The position numbers and the translations under genes are program-made. From Octopus sinensis (Eukaryota), in the NCBI RefSeq assembly GCF_006345805.1, contig NC_043002.1:26598001-26662000 (forward strand): a DNA stretch of 64,000 nucleotides. The letters are read 5' to 3'. Shown in pieces: positions 52,750-64,000 of the stretch. The notes under the pieces were generated by a model, which was given only the letters and a program-made list of their open reading frames with translations, was not told where the DNA came from and did no database searches. How positions within the stretch are numbered: position 1 is the stretch's first letter; each line of letters opens with the position of its first letter.

Positions 52750-53080
52750 TTGCTCAGTTGTTTCGTGTTAAATGAAAGCGTGTAATATAGTTTTATCATC
52801 GAGAGCTTTGAAAAAAGCCATTAAGCTTTGCATTCATTGTTATTAAATACCAAATCCGCTTTCTTGTGTAAGGAAACTTGAGACTATTTCAATATGTGTA
52901 TTTTTTTGCAGCGACAAAAAAGGATGTTCAGGGTAATTCAATATGCTTTGTAGAGACATGCACCATATTATACCATTGATAGTAGCTCCCTGATCCGGGA
53001 TTCTCCAGATAAAGCAGGACAAAGGAGTAGAATCTTCCTGCTTCTTCAACGTGGAGGAATGCATGAGGTGAATAAAGATT
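52750..53080 (-). mobile_element. Decayed Penelope-like endonuclease C-terminus and 3' end
   Basis: HSSTLKKQEDSTPLSCFIWRI..GIIWC resembles the H..SF..T.LS.YIW.LK..I.W pattern. Downstream is a degenerate ctcgatgat...cacgaaacaactgag motif. Confidence 0.45.
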
Positions 53081-55259
53081 CTATTGAAATTGCTAACTGT
53101 AAATCCAGTGCGGTACGCTGAAGATGGGGACGAAAATTACTTTAGTTATATTTATCTAATTTAACCATAACGATTAAAGGCAAATTACAGTTCAAAGGTT
53201 TCATAGCGTATTAATTACACTATTCTACAATTGCTACTACAGCATGAGGTAATAGTCATTCTATATTCTGAGTGATTTGTCATTGCCACCTAAATCATTT
53301 GCTTATTAACTTACACATCGTCGCAAAACATATGTACTTTTTTCTGACAGTATGGCTAAGGACTGACACTCCAGTAGTAGATGGCAACACAATCATATTC
53401 TTCGATCTTGTGGTCACTCAACCATTCAACAAATTCTATGCTTCCATCAGTCTGCTGGAATAGAAAGAAGTTTGTTTTTCTTCGTTTCGTCTGCTTCTAT
53501 GTAGCGTTAACACAATGGGGTATCTTTGAAGTGGAAGAAATTATATTGTACAAACGTAAACTGTTGGAATTTGCTACCGATTTTGTAAATTAAATTGATA
53601 GTGTTATGCTTATTCTCAGGTTTACTAGTGTACAGTATGTTGTTAAGTAGAATTTTATCTTTTAATTTTTGTAATATAGTGCTAGTTTCCAGGAAAGATT
53701 TGATGTAACGTGTTTTTGTTTTGTTCTATGCTTTGTATATTCTGTATACTTGATTTATTTGATACAACGTTTATGTAATATGTGTGTTTGTAGATGCGGT
53801 ATTGCCTAATTTATTTGTTGCATTGTATTTCTCTGTTAATTCATCAGTCGACTACTCTACTAGCTTGTGTGAAAACCGTTGTGGATTAATGTTTGCATTA
53901 TTCTGTAGATTTCATCATTTAGCAATTTAATTGAAGACGAATAATCTAGATCCTCCCCAACAAAGTGATTTTACCACTGACATATATGGCTGTGCTATAA
54001 GCTATCTCAATTTAGTTTATGCGTTTGGCCGTGTCTCTTGTGTAAATAGTCCTAATGCGTCTATTGTTTTAAATTTGAATAGTTATGTCTAGAAATGGTG
54101 TTATATCTGTACTATTTTGGATATTAAATATTAGGTCTGGGTTGTTCTCTATGTCCTTTGTTTATGAGGTTATTTTGATGTGTCCATTGCAACTAATATA
54201 TCGTTACGTATTTATTGCATATTTGTATTTCTGTATAATTTTGTTGTTATATGTAAGTGATCGAGGTCTTACGGGACAACGTATAGCTACTCCAACTTTT
54301 TGCTTAGATAGGTTGTCTTGTGGCAACAAAACAACATTTTATTTGTTCATGTTACTCGAAGATTTTAATCATTTTGCTAGTATCATGTCGATTTTACTTT
54401 GGATGGATACATACATACATACATACATATATATATATATGTATGTAAGTATATATATATATATATATATATACTTACATATATATATACATATCTCTCT
54501 CTCTATATATATACATATGTATATATACATATACATATATATATACATACACACATACATACATGCATACATACATATATATATATATATATGTGTGTAT
54601 GTGTGTATGTGTGTGTGTGTGTGGTGTGTGTGTGTGTATGTATGTATGTACACACACACACACGTATACACATTATCTAAAATTATTTCAGTTGTTTCTA
54701 TTACTGAAACATTAGTGAGAAGAATTTTTACATCTCGGGGAGAAACTGAATAAATTTCTTTTTGTCTTGTAAAAGAGAAAGTCTTCCGATGATAATATAA
54801 AACTCTGGTTAATTGTTTGACGATTTCATTCTAGTTGTAATGAATACATCCCAAGTCGATCGGAAATTCAAGCAGCATCTAAAACTGCTCACATCTAACT
54901 CTCTCTCTTTGGCTACACTATTAAAACAGTCTCCTAGGCTCACCATGCATTTAAAACAAGGCGCCATTGCAACACACTAAATCATACACCATAAAACAAA
55001 GCTAAATAAGAAAACAGTATCAGAAATTATTTCCATGCTTTATACAACTCACTTCAAAAACAGAATTACGAATTACGAAGTGCTAAAACAGTAAACCATG
55101 ACTACAATCAACATAAAACATGCACATATCACATCTGCAAATACTATTACCTAAAGCACTGAGGCTCTAACGGCTACGTTGTGCAAGAAATATTTATTGA
55201 ATGAGAATAAGGTGCTCAATACAAGCAGGGTAGCCAACACAGTAGACAAAATCATTTCA

Positions 55260-55297
55260 CATCCTGAAGATGATGAAAAAATTTGGAAAGCTTGATG
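55260..55297 (+). ncRNA. Hammerhead remnant (stem II decayed)
   Basis: CAUC-CUGAAGA-(ugaugaaaaaauuug)-GAAA-GCU-U-GAUG. Stem I CAUC/GAUG and palindromic AGCU stem III are present. Confidence 0.5.
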
Positions 55298-55805
55298 AGG
55301 GGACGATTGCTGCTGGAATGCCATGTTATACCTCCAAGGAAAGTCAGAAGTTGCTGCTGGGGGATTTCTACGACTTCAAGAGCCTCAATGTTTGGCTTTC
55401 TAATTCACTCGATTTTAATCCTCGAATGACTCATGTGTAATCTGGGATTTCTTGCTGAACAAATGACTTTTTATAGTGGTCAAATATTTGTATTGTGTGT
55501 TAGGTCGTTGCATCCATGAACTCTACATCACCTAAATAGTTGCATGCTGTGTTAGACGTCGAAGTAATCGCAGAACAGCGTGATATGAGAGCTTCCAGTC
55601 CGATATAAATATTGATTTTATGGAACGTGACTATGTACTAGTTTAATCTGCGTATCAGACACCTTTACTTCCTTTTGAATAATAAAGTTTCAAAATCCTT
55701 TTTAGAGTAGCTAGCGCAGTTCCCTTTGTTGAGTTATTACTTCCGATATTCTGCTAGCTAGGAAACAAGCCAAGATTTTACCTACTCCGTTCCCTAAATT
55801 TGGAC

Positions 55806-55849
<44 letters not shown>

Positions 55850-55865
55850 TATATATATGTATACA

Positions 55866-55945
<80 letters not shown>

Positions 55946-55980
55946 TCATATATATACATGATTGATTGATTGATTGATTC

Positions 55981-56022
55981 TAGTTTCAGCCTATGAGCTG
56001 TGGCCATGCTGGGGCACCGCCA
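55981..56022 (-). mobile_element. Isolated LINE/SINE 3' terminus with (AATC)n tail
   Basis: ggcggtgccccagcatggccacagctcataggctgaaactagaatcaatcaatc, the same module as the 42405 LINE end. Confidence 0.75.
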
Positions 56023-56639
56023 TATATATTTTTCGATCAGATCTCCTGCGAATTTACATGGGATCCCTCGAGGACAATGTAACCTTATTTGACTGAGGTA
56101 TCTTTGGCCAGATGATGAAGATTAAGGATGTAATTAGCTGAAGTGGAGGACTGGATGCTGTTTGAATACTGGAAAAAGGGTTACCGCTATCATTACGATT
56201 CATGCCGGATGTCAAAATGCCGGCATCATTAATGCTTCCCAATATTCTATGAATACTCTAACATGTGTAAGGCATAACATGGCTTGTTGAAAACGAAAGC
56301 TATGCAACCGTGGCCTGCAGGAAGGGACAGAGCAGGGGTACATCCGAATCCACACGCCGGAACGCAAATCTACATCTTTGAATAGGTCCCTAGGATTAAT
56401 TCAGAGGACTCTGTGAAGCTGCTGGCGACTGCAGACAATCCATACCATGAAATAGACATAAACCCCGTTTAGTACAACTGCAGAAAACAGTGTTATTAGG
56501 GTCAGCTAGGATACTTGGGGGCAGGGGGTCTTGGCGTCTAAGTTTACTTGATGAAACACAATCGTAGGATTCTTGGCACATAAGGATACTTGCCGTAGCC
56601 TGATGTTAGGATTCTTTTTTTCCAAGTCTAATTTGTTGA

Positions 56640-56699
56640 ATGTATATAATAACAATAATAAAAATTATAATAATAAAAATAATAATGATAATAATAATA

Positions 56700-56730
<31 letters not shown>

Positions 56731-56749
56731 CGACGATGATGATGATGAT

Positions 56750-56791
<42 letters not shown>

Positions 56792-56811
56792 AACAATAAT
56801 AATAATAATAA
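56640..56811. repeat. Compound trinucleotide microsatellite (AAT)(GAT)(AAC)(AAT)
   Basis: Seen directly. Representative of dozens of (TA)n, (CA)n, (TATC)n, (TATG)n, (AAT)n and (CACT)n arrays across the window. Confidence 0.95.
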
Positions 56812-57678
56812 ACCTCTCGCTTAAAATCTGAAACAGGGGGGTTTATCATAGCAGCTCAAGATCAATGCCTACCAACAAGGAACTACCAGGCCAACATATT
56901 AAAGAACGGCAATAGCGCAACATGTCGTGTATGTCAACAACAAAATGAAACCATTGATCATGTTGTCTCCAAGTGCAGTCTTCTAATGCCTACAGAGTAT
57001 CTCAACAGGCATGATAGAGCTGCACAATATATTCACTGGGTAATCTGCGAAAACCTGGATTTGCCCCATGAAAAAAACTGGTGGGAACACAAACCACCTC
57101 CAGTGCTTGAAAATGACCACATCTCACTCCTCTGAAACTTCACCATTCAAACTGACAGAAAGATAGATGCATATAGGCCAGACATCATATTGAAAGACTT
57201 CAAACAAAGAACATGCCTCCTCATTGATATGACTGTCCCAATCGATATAAACGTATCTGTCAAGACCTACCAAAAACTGAGCAAATAAAAAGATCTTGAA
57301 ATAGAAATCAGCAAAATGTGGAACCTGAAGACTAAAACAATGCCTGTTGTCGTAGGTGCCCTGGGAATGATAGCAAAAGGGGCTGATCGCTACCTAACTC
57401 AGATACCAGGAAACCCCAAAATGGCAGAAATTCAAAAGATAGTGCTCATGGGAACTGCTCATATCCTACGCAAAATACTTTCTATGTAATCTCAAGTTTT
57501 AAAACAATTTTCTTTTTTCTTTTCTTTAGACATTCACTAGTACAACACTAAATACAAAACCAAATATATGGCACACTAGGCATAACAACAACACGAACTT
57601 CCAACCTGTTGTCTCTTGAGGTCTTTGGGTGAGACTTGGAGCCAACTTGTACAAATATAAAGCAAAAGTCAAACATAA

Positions 57679-57690
<12 letters not shown>
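56812..57690 (+). mobile_element. R4/Dong-clade non-LTR retrotransposon 3' fragment (CCHC + restriction-like endonuclease) in (AAT)n
   Basis: Frame 56812-57489, 226 codons with two stops: LKSETGGFIIAAQDQCL..CRVC..ETIDHVVSKC..YLNRHD..IHW..RPDII..CLLIDMTVP..K..K*KDL..PVVVGALG..GTAHILRKILSM*. Both junctions are in AAT-type arrays. Missed by the ORF track. Confidence 0.92.
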
Positions 57691-57749
<59 letters not shown>

Positions 57750-57794
57750 CAACAATAATAAGAAGAAATACGCATATATATCGTGTGTATATAA

Positions 57795-57828
<34 letters not shown>

Positions 57829-59050
57829 TAAAACAGCAGTTTGCTATGTTTCACCAAAATGTAGATGTATAACTGCCACTAAAGGTGCCCACGGTGTTAG
57901 GAATCACCTACATTGCTAGAAATAAGTACAAAAACGCCCTAATACTGTCGTTAACTGACATGAATGGAAACATATACACTAATATGGACCATAATTATTC
58001 GAAAAATGCCGATCGAGAATTTTTAATACTGACCCAGTTTCGGCAATTTCCGCTGCTTCATCAGTTAAGCCCGTTCTATTGGTATTTAAGTTTTCGTCAT
58101 TCAAAGTATTGGATGATTTAGCGATTCCCTAATGTGTATAAAATAAAATTAATATAAACAGCAGTGTCAGTATGTGTGTGTGCGTGTATCTAGTGCAATT
58201 TTTGAATAGAATTCAATAAGACTAAAATGAATTTTGGACTGAATACAGCATGTATTTTCTAATCTTTAACGAGAAAAAAAAGCGGATATTATCTGAGATC
58301 ACGTTTAAATTGATTAACCACAAAACGAAGAAACTTGAAAAAAATAAAGAAATGAATACCCCAACAATGATCTCAAGGAGCCGAGTAACTTTTGAGAAAA
58401 AATATTCCGTAAAACACAGCAAATGTATCACCTCTATTTGCTCAGTAAAAATGCATTAGCCTCAAATCAGACGCTTATAACTGATTGACAAATATTGTCC
58501 GCATATGACAGAAGATGCTGAAGTTGATGGAATAAAGGAAAGTTTTCACGTAAAGAAATAAAATAAGCTAATAATATTATTCGTTGTCTAAGCACCGACA
58601 AAACTCGGCATGTTTATTTGTTGAAAAATTGATGTCGAACAAGTAGGGAAGAAATAAACTACTATCAAGAATAATAAATTCGCACAGGAACTGAAATTAA
58701 GGTGAATTTGTTACCTGACTTCATCAAACATTTCTAATGTGATTTTTACAAGAATAAATTAAATGATCACATGTAAAGGAAATATAGGTTAAAACCAGTG
58801 TGATAAATTGCGAAGTTCATAGAGGAATTGGAATTAAAATGAATCTGTTACCGGAGTACACCAAGCTTCCTTAATGATATAAAAAAAATACCTAAACCAA
58901 AATAAAAATAAGAGAAGAAACAAAATTGATCACATATTAAATGTGCGATGGTTAAAAACGCTGGTCAGAAAGCACGATGTTATGTATAGTGGAAAATAAT
59001 TACGTAAAATAATTTGAGTCTTAGTGTTATATATATATATAACACTATAT

Positions 59051-59093
<43 letters not shown>

Positions 59094-59271
59094 CACTATA
59101 TATATATATATATATATATATAGTCTTTCGGTTGCGTGAAGGCACAAGAAGTGTTAAAAAATGCTGTCGAAGATGTTTTTCATCGCATGAACCTTAGTAG
59201 CTCTTAAAAATATATATGGCATTTATTAAATTAACATGTACGCACACACACACACACACACACACACACGC

Positions 59272-59304
<33 letters not shown>

Positions 59305-59439
59305 TATTAAAGTAGTTTATTGTGTAAGACCGGTGCAACAGAAGGAGGTACAAAATAAACAAGAAGAAAAGAAAACAAAAGAAAATTGCAGTTTTACCTC
59401 GAATTTCTCTATTTTGGGGTGAAGATACACACACGTACA

Positions 59440-59600
59440 CGATGGGTTTCTTTCAATGTCGATCTACCAAATCCAATCACAAGGATTAGGTCGACCCGAG
59501 GCTATAGTAGAGACCACTTGCCCCAGTTCCCGCGCAGTGGGACTGAACCTGGAAACATCTAGTTGTGAAAAAGCTTCTTACTATACAACCACGCTTGACT
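59440..59600 (-). mobile_element. SINE 5' fragment (family of 8045-8427)
   Basis: ctaccaaatcca.tcacaagg..ttggtcg.cccgaggctatagtaga..cacttgccc...gcagtgggactgaacc. Confidence 0.8.
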
Positions 59601-59636
59601 TATATAAGAATGTATAAATATAAGTATACATGTGTG

Positions 59637-59721
<85 letters not shown>

Positions 59722-59763
59722 TTACATCAGTTTCAAATTTTGGCACAAGGCCAGCATTTTTGG

Positions 59764-60019
59764 GGAAAGTTAATTTGATCACACTGAACCAAGTGCTCAA
59801 CTTGTACTTAATTTATCGACCCCGAAATGATGTAAGGCGAAGTCAATCTCGGCGGAATTTGCACTTATATGCACACATACATACATACATATATACATGT
59901 ATGTATGCGTGCATATAAGAGCAAATTCCGCCGGGATGGACTTCGCCTTATATCATTTCGGGGTCGATAAATTAAGTACATGTTGAGCGCTGGGTTCAGT
60001 GTGATCAAATTAACTTTCC
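59764..60019. repeat. Fold-back of a Nin-like SINE fragment (123-bp arms, ~10-nt loop)
   Basis: Arms 59764-59886 / 59897-60019 show 8 mismatches by manual alignment. Confidence 0.95.
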
Positions 60020-60127
60020 ACAAATATATATATACCAAATTATATAAAAAGAATTTAACATTTAAATAAAGCATCACTCAATGCTTCTTAATAGAGTACA
60101 CTTTGTCTTTCACATGAAAAGTTTGAC

Positions 60128-60167
60128 AGTCACTTCGAAGTTTCGGCTCGCTTGCCTTCATCAGACT
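60128..60167 (-). ncRNA. Minimal hammerhead motif with GUG at the cleavage triplet
   Basis: AGU-CUGAUGA-A-GGC aagcga GCC-GAAA-CUUCGAAG-U-G-ACU. All three stems pair, but position 17 is G (not NUH). Confidence 0.7.
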
Positions 60168-61267
60168 TTTGTGTAATGTATATGTGTATACATGCATACG
60201 TACATACATACACTTGCATACACACACGTGCGCGTGCGCGCAAGATGTTAATGTCAGTGTGCCGAAATAGGTTGAGGGGACAAATGCATTTAATTGAAAA
60301 GACGAAAGAAACTCAAAACAAGCAGGAAGTTAGAAAGGAAATACCTTTAAATTAAAAGCAGTTAACACTTCATATGCATCATGGATAATTACGCATGAAA
60401 TATCTAATATATTAGTAAGTTACAGTAAATTAAAACAAATATAGAGCAAAAGTTCATTAAGTTAGTCAACTGGCACTCGCTGCATATGAGCACTTAGGTT
60501 AATGTAGCACATAAAAGGGACTTTGAATAGTAACATACAACGAAAAATATACCGCACAAAGCAGTTGAAAGTGTGAGAGATAAAATATTATGTAAGGTTA
60601 TCAATTGTAAAAGCCACAGAATAAAGAGATGAGTTGTACCATTGAATAACATAGTCAATTGTTCATCGACTATGCATTGGTGAAATAAGAAACTGAGCAG
60701 AAATACAGTTCAAATATTGAGATAAAACATTAGTGTCAAATACTTAGATTAGAATGAAGGCCAGCATAAACATTATATTTACCCCAATTTTTACATAAAA
60801 AGCACGAAGCTGGAGACATGATTATCGGTACAGTACTTTGTGCAAATACTTAATTAATTACTGAAATGTATGGAGAGAATCAATGAAGAAAAACGGCAAA
60901 CGTTAAGTGTACTTGAAACACAGCAAGTTACAATATAAAGTACGGAAAATGCACTGATTTGTTATTACATGTAGTAAGTTTCGAAGATAAATAGCTTACA
61001 GTAATCTCAGCATTAGTTTTGAACGTTGGTGTAGAGAAACTAATGTAAATAAAGGAACACCACCACCACCATCACCAACAGCATCAATCACACACTCGCA
61101 AGCACACATAAATGTGTGGTTGTATAGATGTGTATGTATGTATTTTTCAATAGTTGACATCCACCAGTCTTGAAAAGCATTGAATGCCGGTCGCGGAGGA
61201 GAATAAAGAGAATTTTGATAAGCATTGACGTATTTGAAATACAGTATGAGTCGCTGGTAAATTTTGA

Positions 61268-61312
<45 letters not shown>

Positions 61313-61334
61313 GTATGTACACACATTTAATCTA

Positions 61335-61741
61335 TTGTGCTTTAGGCGCAAGGCCCGAAATTTTGGCAGGAGGGGGCCAGTCGATTAGTATTGAATAGTA
61401 TTGAATTAGTACGCATCTGGTATTGAATTTATGGAGCCCAAAAGGATGAAAGGAAAAGTCGACACCGGGGGAATTTGAACTCATAACGTTAAGACAGACG
61501 AAATACCTATTTCTTTACTACCCACAAGGGGCTAAACGCAGAGCGGACAAACAAGGACTGACAAACGGATTAAGTCGATTATATCTACCCCAGTGCGTAA
61601 CTGGTACTTATTTAATCGACCGCGAAAGGATGAAAGGCAAAGTCGACCTCGGCGGTATTTGAACTCAGAACGTAGCTGCAGACGAAATACCGCCAAGCAT
61701 TTCGCCCGGTGTGCTAACGTGTCTGCCAGCTCGCCGCCTTA
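61335..61741 (-). mobile_element. Octopus-type dimeric SINE with two Nin-like domains, full length
   Basis: Head aaggcggcgagctggcagacacgttagcacaccgggcgaaatgc, B-box-like gagttcaaataccgcc, and two gtcgactt..cctttcatcctt blocks. Confidence 0.85.
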
Positions 61742-61889
61742 GTACACACATTTAATGAGCAATAAACATTTCCGTTACTTGATATGGTAAATCTGCAATG
61801 TAGCGGCAATAGGACCCACATTTGTGGAGATTAGAATCAAAGTCACACCAATAAATCGAAAATTATGAGCCAAAGAAATGAGAAGCAAA

Positions 61890-61975
<86 letters not shown>

Positions 61976-62810
61976 TGTGTGTGTGTGTTTACATATAAAT
62001 ACATACACACACATATAAATATAATTTGTTTATATATCAAGCAATGTGTGTGAGCGTGTGTGTGTACGTGTGTTTATTTGCGAATCTCTTTAAATCTTGG
62101 ACTCACTTCACTAATGGTTTTTAAAATATAATGTGCAGAAATATATAAAATATTTATGAATACATTGATTTATATGCTAATGCAACGTTTTAATTCAAAT
62201 ATGTATAATATGCTTTATAATTTTGCCGATATACTGTTTTTCTTTTAATTATTTTCAGTCGGACTTATTATATATGCAGTAAGTGTTTATCTCATATGCA
62301 TTTGGTAACGAAAACTTTATCTAGTCTAGCATTGCATTTTTTCAAACAATTAATTACTCCTATTAATTTATAATTCAGCTTGAAATTAAATTATAAATTG
62401 AGTAGCATATGTATTTGATGTTAAGTACACTGCAATTTTTAAGTTGTTGCATCACAACTTAAAATTAAATATGGCAAATTCCTTCCTTTTTTAATTATTT
62501 TTTCATCGTTCATCAGTCACTGGACTTCACCAGTGGGGTACCACATTTAAGGATTTTAATCGAGCAAATCGACACCAGTACTTATTCTCAATGTTTGAGA
62601 GTAATCTATTAGTTTCTTTTGCCTAGCACCGAAACTAAAAGGATGTAAAAATCCTAACACCGGTTAACAGAGGTGTGAAGTTTGTGGCTGGGTAGACACA
62701 TAGTCACGAACACATACATCCTTATATGCGTGTAGGTATGTGTGTGTACAACAACAACAACAACAACAGCAATAATAATAATAATGATAATCATAATAAT
62801 AATAATAATC

Positions 62811-62862
<52 letters not shown>

Positions 62863-62899
62863 TAATGATGATGATGATCATGATAAGGATAAAAAATAA

Positions 62900-63160
62900 C
62901 AACAACAGAGAAAAGATAATAGAGGCACACGTCAGAAAAGGTCACATAAAATGAGGAAGCAACCATACTCTGGGATACACCAATGCTCACAAATAGATAA
63001 ATTATGGTTAATAGCCCGGATTTAGTTGTCATAAATCACCAAGAAGAAAATGCTTTCTAATCGATATATCAATACCAACCGGTGACAATGTTTCTCTAAA
63101 AGAAACAGAGAAATTTTCTAAAAATAGAAACAAGTCCTATCGTTGTAGGCGCTCGGTAGT
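62900..63160 (+). mobile_element. Second, more decayed R4/Dong endonuclease fragment next to (AAT)n
   Basis: NEEATILWDTPMLTNR*IMVNSPDLVVINHQEE..FLIDISIPTGDNVSLKETEKFSK..PIVVGA. Preceded by (AAT)n at ~62770-62865. Confidence 0.75.
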
Positions 63161-63192
63161 GCAATGAAAGCACGTGATACAAATAAGTCTTA

Positions 63193-63249
<57 letters not shown>

Positions 63250-63879
63250 CACCACCACCACCACCACCACCACCACAACCACCAAGAACAACATGAACAG
63301 GAACATCAACAAAACAAACAAAACAGAACGTTCAAGCGATTATAGCGAACGTTACTCATAAATCCCTGTACTGTTTTAAAAGTGAACAGAATACATTGCA
63401 TCGTGTACAAGATACATTATGTCTAAAAACAAGAGAAAGAAAGGGCAAATTAGAAAGTCTTAGTTGTTAAATTTGCCTGTACAGGATTTAATTGAGTCAA
63501 AACACGAGAGACGTGGTCTTCTAAGCTTTTGTCATACGTTCTTAGCCAAGGGCGAATCAATCCACACGAAAAGGGAAATTCTACACTGTTGTCTTAAATA
63601 CACTACGATTGAACAAAAGAAGAAATGATCGTAATTAGAAACTAGAAAATTAGTGAAAAGCCATGGAGTGTAATTACTTTGAAGACAAATAAATATCTCA
63701 GTATCGCTAAAACGTAACGTAGCTGTAGTAATATTACACAAGACACATCGGATATTACGACGACAATTATAGGAATACCGGAACTGTGTATGTAGATTTA
63801 AAAACCACTAACAACTTCAATCACAGCAGCTACAACAACAGCAATAACCGTCATTAAGTGTTTTAGATGTTTGGTGCGA

Positions 63880-64000
63880 GGCTAGAAATTTGGTTCGTCG
63901 TTTGCCTACAACTCAACTGGTACGTATTCGATCGACCTCGAAAGATTGAAAAGCAAAGTTAATCTCATTGTGATTTGAATTCAGAACATAAAGAGCCAGA
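63880..64000 (-). mobile_element. Nin-like SINE fragment at window edge
   Basis: ctcaactggtac.tatt.gatcgacctcgaaagattgaaaagcaaagtt.atctc...atttgaattcagaac. Confidence 0.65.

Noticed and set aside
53110-53135. CTGAAGA-tggggac-GAAA hammerhead-like string
   Set aside because: No stem II, and stems I and III cannot be formed.
54085-54753. 222-aa ORF with hydrophobic N-terminus
   Set aside because: AT-rich low-complexity first half and microsatellite second half. No recognisable domain or splice support.
56022-56600. GC-richer block upstream of the LINE-type tail, possibly a decayed LINE 3' ORF
   Set aside because: No convincing RT C-terminal motif could be read, so only the tail was annotated.

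Overview
AT-rich, microsatellite-saturated eukaryotic genomic DNA. The SINE families look like those of Octopus (coleoid cephalopod); this is recognition from memory, not a database result. No intact host gene is supported, and most ORF-track entries are translations of simple repeats or antisense frames of retroelements. The window is largely transposon-derived. It contains several tRNA-headed SINE families, three RTE LINE remnants, a near-complete CR1-group LINE ORF2 broken almost only by homopolymer indels, and two R4/Dong fragments in (TAA)n arrays. It also holds a Gypsy gag remnant with LTR and PBS, a mariner relic, a Lep1-like non-autonomous Helitron, and several Penelope-like elements (Neptune-type, Naiad-like and non-autonomous). 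The most notable hidden structure is (i) six scattered minimal type-I hammerhead ribozyme motifs with checkable stems, plus more degenerate ones, (ii) eight local inverted duplications/fold-backs, and (iii) a SINE 3' tail that matches the 3' end of the LINE in the same window.
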